From the NCBI GenBank assembly GCA_002633005.1, contig NMRA01001227.1, positions 1-37,841 on the forward strand: a stretch of DNA of 37,841 nt, given 5' to 3'. Position 1 is the stretch's first letter. Each line of letters opens with the position of its first letter. Origin of the DNA: Phoronis australis. Taxonomy: Eukaryota > Animalia > Phoronida. Made by a program: the position numbers and the translations under genes. This document shows, in pieces, positions 33,097 through 37,841 of the stretch. The notes under the pieces were generated by a model. That model was not told the DNA's origin. It saw only the letters and a program-made list of their open reading frames with translations, and searched no databases.

Positions 33097-34370
33097 TTAT
33101 GCGCCCACATATTTATATGCCGTCATCACCGTCCGGCGTCCGTCCAGCGTCTGCTGCTCTATCTCCAAAATCACTTGACGTGAGTTCATAAAATTTAGTA
33201 CATGTGTTGCTTCCATGGATGGGACGGCATGAGCGAACTTTCGGACAGATCTGACTACCGGTGTGCCCCCTAGTGGCAATTTAAGTTTTTTACGTTTACC
33301 TCTGTATCTTCAAAGGTCCTCAATGCGTTTTCATAAAATTTAGTATATAGGCACCTATTAGTGGGATGACACTTTCCTCCTGTTTTCGGATGGATGTGAC
33401 GTAGTTTGCGTCACCTAGTGGCCATTTTTAGGGTTTTCGGGTGTGTTTTTTGATGTTCACCCCTCTATCAACCAATCTGCTCTAAGGATGATTGTGAAAA
33501 TTGGCATGTATGTTTTTACTATGAAGAGGATGGCTGACGATTTTGTTCTGACAACTTCCGACTACTGTGGCGCTTCCTAGTGGCAGTTTTGTTCATTTTG
33601 CGCCTAAGGCTGTATCTCGTAAACCGTTTGCTAAATTTAGCAAGTGGATTGATATGATGTTGACAATGGACGACGACTTTCAGACAGATCTTACTACTGA
33701 TGTGCCCCCTACTGGCAATTTTAGTTTTTTACGTTTACCTCTGTATCTTCAAAGATCTTCGACGGATTTTCATAAAATTTTGAATATAGGTATCTATTGG
33801 TGAGATTACGCTATCCGCCTGTTTTGAGATGGAATCAAGGTATTTTCCGCTACTCAGTGGCCATTTTTGATGTTTGCGAGTCTGTTTTTAGCATCCACTC
33901 ATCCACCAACCAAACCATTCTAAGGATGGTTTTGAAAATTGGACAGTTGTCAATGACGATTTTGACTGCTGTGGTGTCCCGTAGTGGTAGTTTTCTTTTG
34001 TTTTGTTTTGCACCCATAGCTGTATCTCCTAAAGTCACTACATAATCTTTATTAAATTTAGTAAGTGTATTTATTTGAAGCTAACAACAGGCAACATCGA
34101 CTTTAAGGTGGATCCAATTAACGCTGTGCCCCCTAGTGGCAATTTCATTTTGTTCCGTTTCCTTTGTTTCTCAGAAGTTCCTTGACAGATTTTTATGGAA
34201 TTTGGTGAATACCTTTCTATTAAAGAAGCAATGACATGTTCTCAATTTCGAATGAATTGGACGTGTTTGCTCCATCTAGTGGCCATTTTTTATACAAATA
34301 AACGATCATTTAAGCACACCATTTGCGTTGCATTCGTGGGCACATTTCAACGCTCTGCGTTGCTCTTGTT
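33097..34370 (+). mobile_element. HINE/DINE-1-like element, copy B
   Basis: 5' ATGCGCCCAC, (CGTC)n-like microsatellite, eight ~145-bp subunits, 3' GTGGGCACAT (34336-34345) and hairpin CAACGC-TCT-GCGTTG followed by a T-rich tail. Confidence 0.85.
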
Positions 34371-34604
34371 TTGTACTGTATATTACATTGCAATTATTTA
34401 CTGCAACTGAGGTTGTTAAAAACATTAGAAGTTCTCAAAGTTGTTGACTCAGCCATGGCAGATAAAAGTTGTGCTGAAACTTAATTTTATGGTATGTCTG
34501 TAACTGCCTGATTCCTCTTATCTTTATGATAAGAGGTGACTTGTAACATTTGTTGATTATTTTCACCTGTAGTTTTGTGACTACTAACTAGTGAAAGGAA
34601 GGCC

Positions 34605-36840
34605 TCACTCATAACCGAACAGGTTTTTTGTGTGGACGGTTCATAGGCGAAGAAACTAGAACACTATATATATCTTTTGGCATATTCAGAAGAAAAAACA
34701 TTCCAGGTTTAATTACAATAGATTTCGAACCGTTTGATTCGTTATCATGGGATAGTATTTTTAATACGCTGTCCCTTTTTGAATTTGGTGACATCTTCTG
34801 TAAATGCATTAAAATTCTTAATGAATGGATCAAGCCTGTGCATCATCAGGCCTTCATGCAGTGTATGTCTTGGCACGAATCTAGACGCCTTTGCCAAGGC
34901 TGCCCAACATATCATTTGGAAGCCCACTTGTCATTCAGAATTTCACCAGTTTGGACACACACATTGTAAGATTACTAGGACTACCGATTGATGAAAGATG
35001 GGTGATAGTTCAAGAGAGAAATGTTGGCCCTTTCAACTCAGAAAGTAATATACAGTGTATGTAAAATGTTGCAATTTTTAAACTAGGTTCAATATTGAGA
35101 AGACCTGTCAGTCATTAGCGTGTGTTTGGTTGTAATTCAGTGCTTTATACAGGGACACCGACCTTAGTTTACTCCAAACTGGCGTTTCAGAGCTGTTGCA
35201 GTTTAATGTTTTTCATCTTTTTTAAAACATCAAAAGCGAAATAAATGTCATGACATTATTTTACAATATATTGTGCCACAAGAATATGCTCATTTAAAAT
35301 GTTTGAGTTTGCGCCCGTTTCATGCTTTTCTATGTGCGTTTTAATATGGAGCAGCAGTGACACCTGTTGCCAAAATATAAACCAGACATCATCTGTGCAT
35401 TTTTCTTGTGTTGGCAACTGCAGCTCTGATGACTCATTGTACAATATAAAGCTAGTTAAGATGATATGATAAACTTAATAACAGCAGTTTGAGATCACTA
35501 AAAACAATGCGCTCATCGTTCAACCAATATCTGTAATACCTGTAATATATGTGTGGTAAGCTATTTGGCTGTTTTCATCAATTTAGACATAAAAGAGTTG
35601 ATCCAGTTTTTTTAGTATAAAAACTCGCAACTCAACAAGGGAGCTGTTTTTGTAAACTAATATGTAAAAGCCTTGTTCTACGCATTTTTTGTAAAAAAAC
35701 CTCACTGTGTATGGGGGACTGAGTTACTGGTGAATGGTGGTAGGGGGTGGGGGTAACGCGTCGTTGGAATCACGGATGCCTCGGAATAATAGGTGCCCTA
35801 TTTTGGACACCCTGTTTTCGAAATCCTGGATAAAGCCCTGTACGTCATGCAAAATGGAGTAGCTTCACGGTTTCAGATACACGGAGGCTGCAAACGGGGG
35901 GACCCGATTTCTCCGTATCTTTTTATTTTGTGCACCAAAATTCTAGGAATACTTTTTAGGAAAAACAATGGAATAAAAGAAATCAGGGTTGGTGACTGCG
36001 AAATTTAGTTAATTTAATATGCAGATGATACAGTTTTTGGTCTAGATGGCTCAGACAAATCACTTGAGAAAGATTGTGTTTGGTCCAAGAGACCATTACA
36101 GTCGTAGGAAAAATTTGTGTTATTAAAACATTATTGATTTCCAAATTGACTCATCTGTTCTTAAGTCTCCCATCCCCTGAAAAAAAATGTGCAGAAAATT
36201 GACCGTGTGTTTCACAAATTTATTTGAAGATATAGAAATGAAAAAATTTCCCGAAATCTCTCATTTCAAAATTTCTCCAGAGGGGGAGCAAACATGGTAC
36301 ACATTCACTCTTTCATAAGTCATTAAAAATTACGTGGATAAGGAAAGCTTTACAGAATTCTGGTTCAACGTGGAACGTATTTCTTTTTGAACACTATTTG
36401 GATAACAAAGCACACTTCAGTCAGATGGGAGATGTTTATTTCAAGCATTTAGCAGGAAGATGTAAGAACTTTTGGACAGATGTGTTTAATTCAGTATATT
36501 ATGAATTTTATCACTGTTGGCTTACAAATACACCACAAAATTTTGAAATTTATCAGCCTTGTGGTTTAATTCTAATATCTTGATTGATCATAAACCTGTT
36601 TACATTCGATCCTGGAATGAAAAAGGCATGAGATTTGTTTGTGATTTATATGAGAGTGGACAACTCAAGCCTTCATTCTTAGCCTTTTAGAGTTTACGGG
36701 GAAGTGTTAGACAGTTACTTAAATGCAAAGAGGTGAACAATTTTCAAGCAAAATTTCCACCATTCCCACAGGTGGCGCTACAAATTATGACATAAATTAA
36801 GAAAGGAACTCGGGCTTTTTACAAAATTTTTTTTCGAAAA
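34605..36840 (+). mobile_element. Decayed L1/Tx1-clade LINE reverse transcriptase fragment, interrupted by a hAT element
   Basis: TGFLCGRFIGEETR...PGLITIDFEPFDSLSW...FEFG; after the insertion MQNG...GCKRGDPISPYLFIL...GIKEI...YADDT; then GKICVIKTLLISKLTHLFLSLPSP...LKITWIRK. Stops, frameshifts and an internal deletion. Confidence 0.88.
34847..35840 (-). mobile_element. 994-bp hAT-type non-autonomous element, same family as 21949-22416, opposite orientation
   Basis: TIRs CAGGCCTTCATGCAG / CTGGATAAAGCCCTG; 35745-35840 is the reverse complement of the 5' part of the 468-bp MITE; decayed 8-bp TSD TGCATCAT / TACGTCAT. Confidence 0.85.
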
Positions 36841-37403
36841 TTTATATAAAAGGTCAAACTTTTTATCGTGCCACCAGGTCATGCGGTCGTCTGCGTCCTA
36901 TACTCGACTGTCGACGGAAGAAATAACTGTTAGAGACTAATATGTAGATACATCTCCGCCAAAAATTAGAAAGCGCAAGGAAAATGGGAGCTGTTACAGC
37001 CATACAAACTTTTTTGGTCGACAAAAGTTTACACCCAATAGGTAACCTAGTTCGTCAGCACCGATGATAATGAATTTGTTTTCAATTTTGGCGACCTCAA
37101 ATTTTGTTTGTCAACCGGTGATTTTTGCCAGGTTGCCAAATGCGACTTGGCGTCTAACTAAGAGTCGATCGCTGCATCACCAGACAAGGATTGTAAGTAA
37201 TTGTGGTTATTTATAACATTGTCAGAAGCCTTGGAAAAATGAAAAAAGATCAATTCTTGGCAGTTATTTTGTCCCAAATTGTCTTTACTGTACTTACAAA
37301 ACAAAGCTTTGTTCACTTTGTGTCATGTCAGAATGATTTGCTTGTCCAACCAAGTACATTTTATTTGTATTAAACTTTTATTATTATTTATTGTTATTTC
37401 CAG

Positions 37404-37497
37404 ATCAAGTGATTATGGGACAACATTCAAAAAGTGCGTATTTCAAGAGACTAACCCGATCATCAGTATGTTTTACCTGACTAAAGACAAATCAAAG
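37404..37497 (+). CDS. SORCS: SorCS-type receptor exon 3 (gene continues beyond the window)
   Basis: ttccag|(R)SSDYGTTFKKCVFQETNPIISMFYLTKDKSK|gtacat; Asp-box SxDYGxTF of VPS10 propellers (cf. SorCS STDYGTTY). Confidence 0.88.
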
Positions 37498-37841
37498 GTA
37501 CATTGTTTGCTAAATGTTCCATTCCGAATTGCTTAATTCTGAATGATGCTCAGCAGTTTGGATTTGAACAGCACTCAACCACTGTGCTTAGTTTTATGAC
37601 TAGAGGTCTGGTTCATGAAAAGTGACTTCAGACTTAAAGACAGAAATTTGGTCTTGAGGAAAAGTGCAAATTCTCTGAGATATACACCTAACTGCTAGCT
37701 ATACAGTTTCTATGGATTATTTCTTGACTTTGATGCACACTTTGCTTAACTTTCATTCAGCCATTGTGAAGTGGGAAGTCAACGTAAGACCAAATGTTTG
37801 TATCAAGCTTTGTGACTTTCCTGGAACAGGCTCCATCGTCT

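Overview
AT-rich, intron-containing animal genomic DNA, probably from an invertebrate bilaterian; the species cannot be determined from sequence alone. Two host genes lie head-to-head with 225 bp between start codons. One is a complete 7-exon BCCIP gene on the minus strand (CDS 28877 to 14184, 300 aa, all introns GT-AG and phase-consistent). The other is the first three coding exons of a VPS10-domain SorCS-type receptor on the plus strand (from 29103, running off the window). Bases 1-12100 are a graveyard of decayed mobile-element genes, all on the minus strand: STPR-repeat (Helitron-like), Chapaev/DUF7869-like, Kolobok-type DDE transposase, HECT-like ligase and tyrosine-recombinase-like remnants, plus a CCATGG palindrome array and a perfect 23-bp palindrome beside a hammerhead-like motif. 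The introns hold many non-autonomous elements: hAT MITEs with TSDs, TA-flanked foldbacks, a Tx1/L1 LINE fragment split by a hAT element, and four copies of a HINE/DINE-1-like Helentron derivative whose ~145-bp subunits each carry a CTCF-like motif. Family assignments rest on manual translation and motif recall; no database searches were run.
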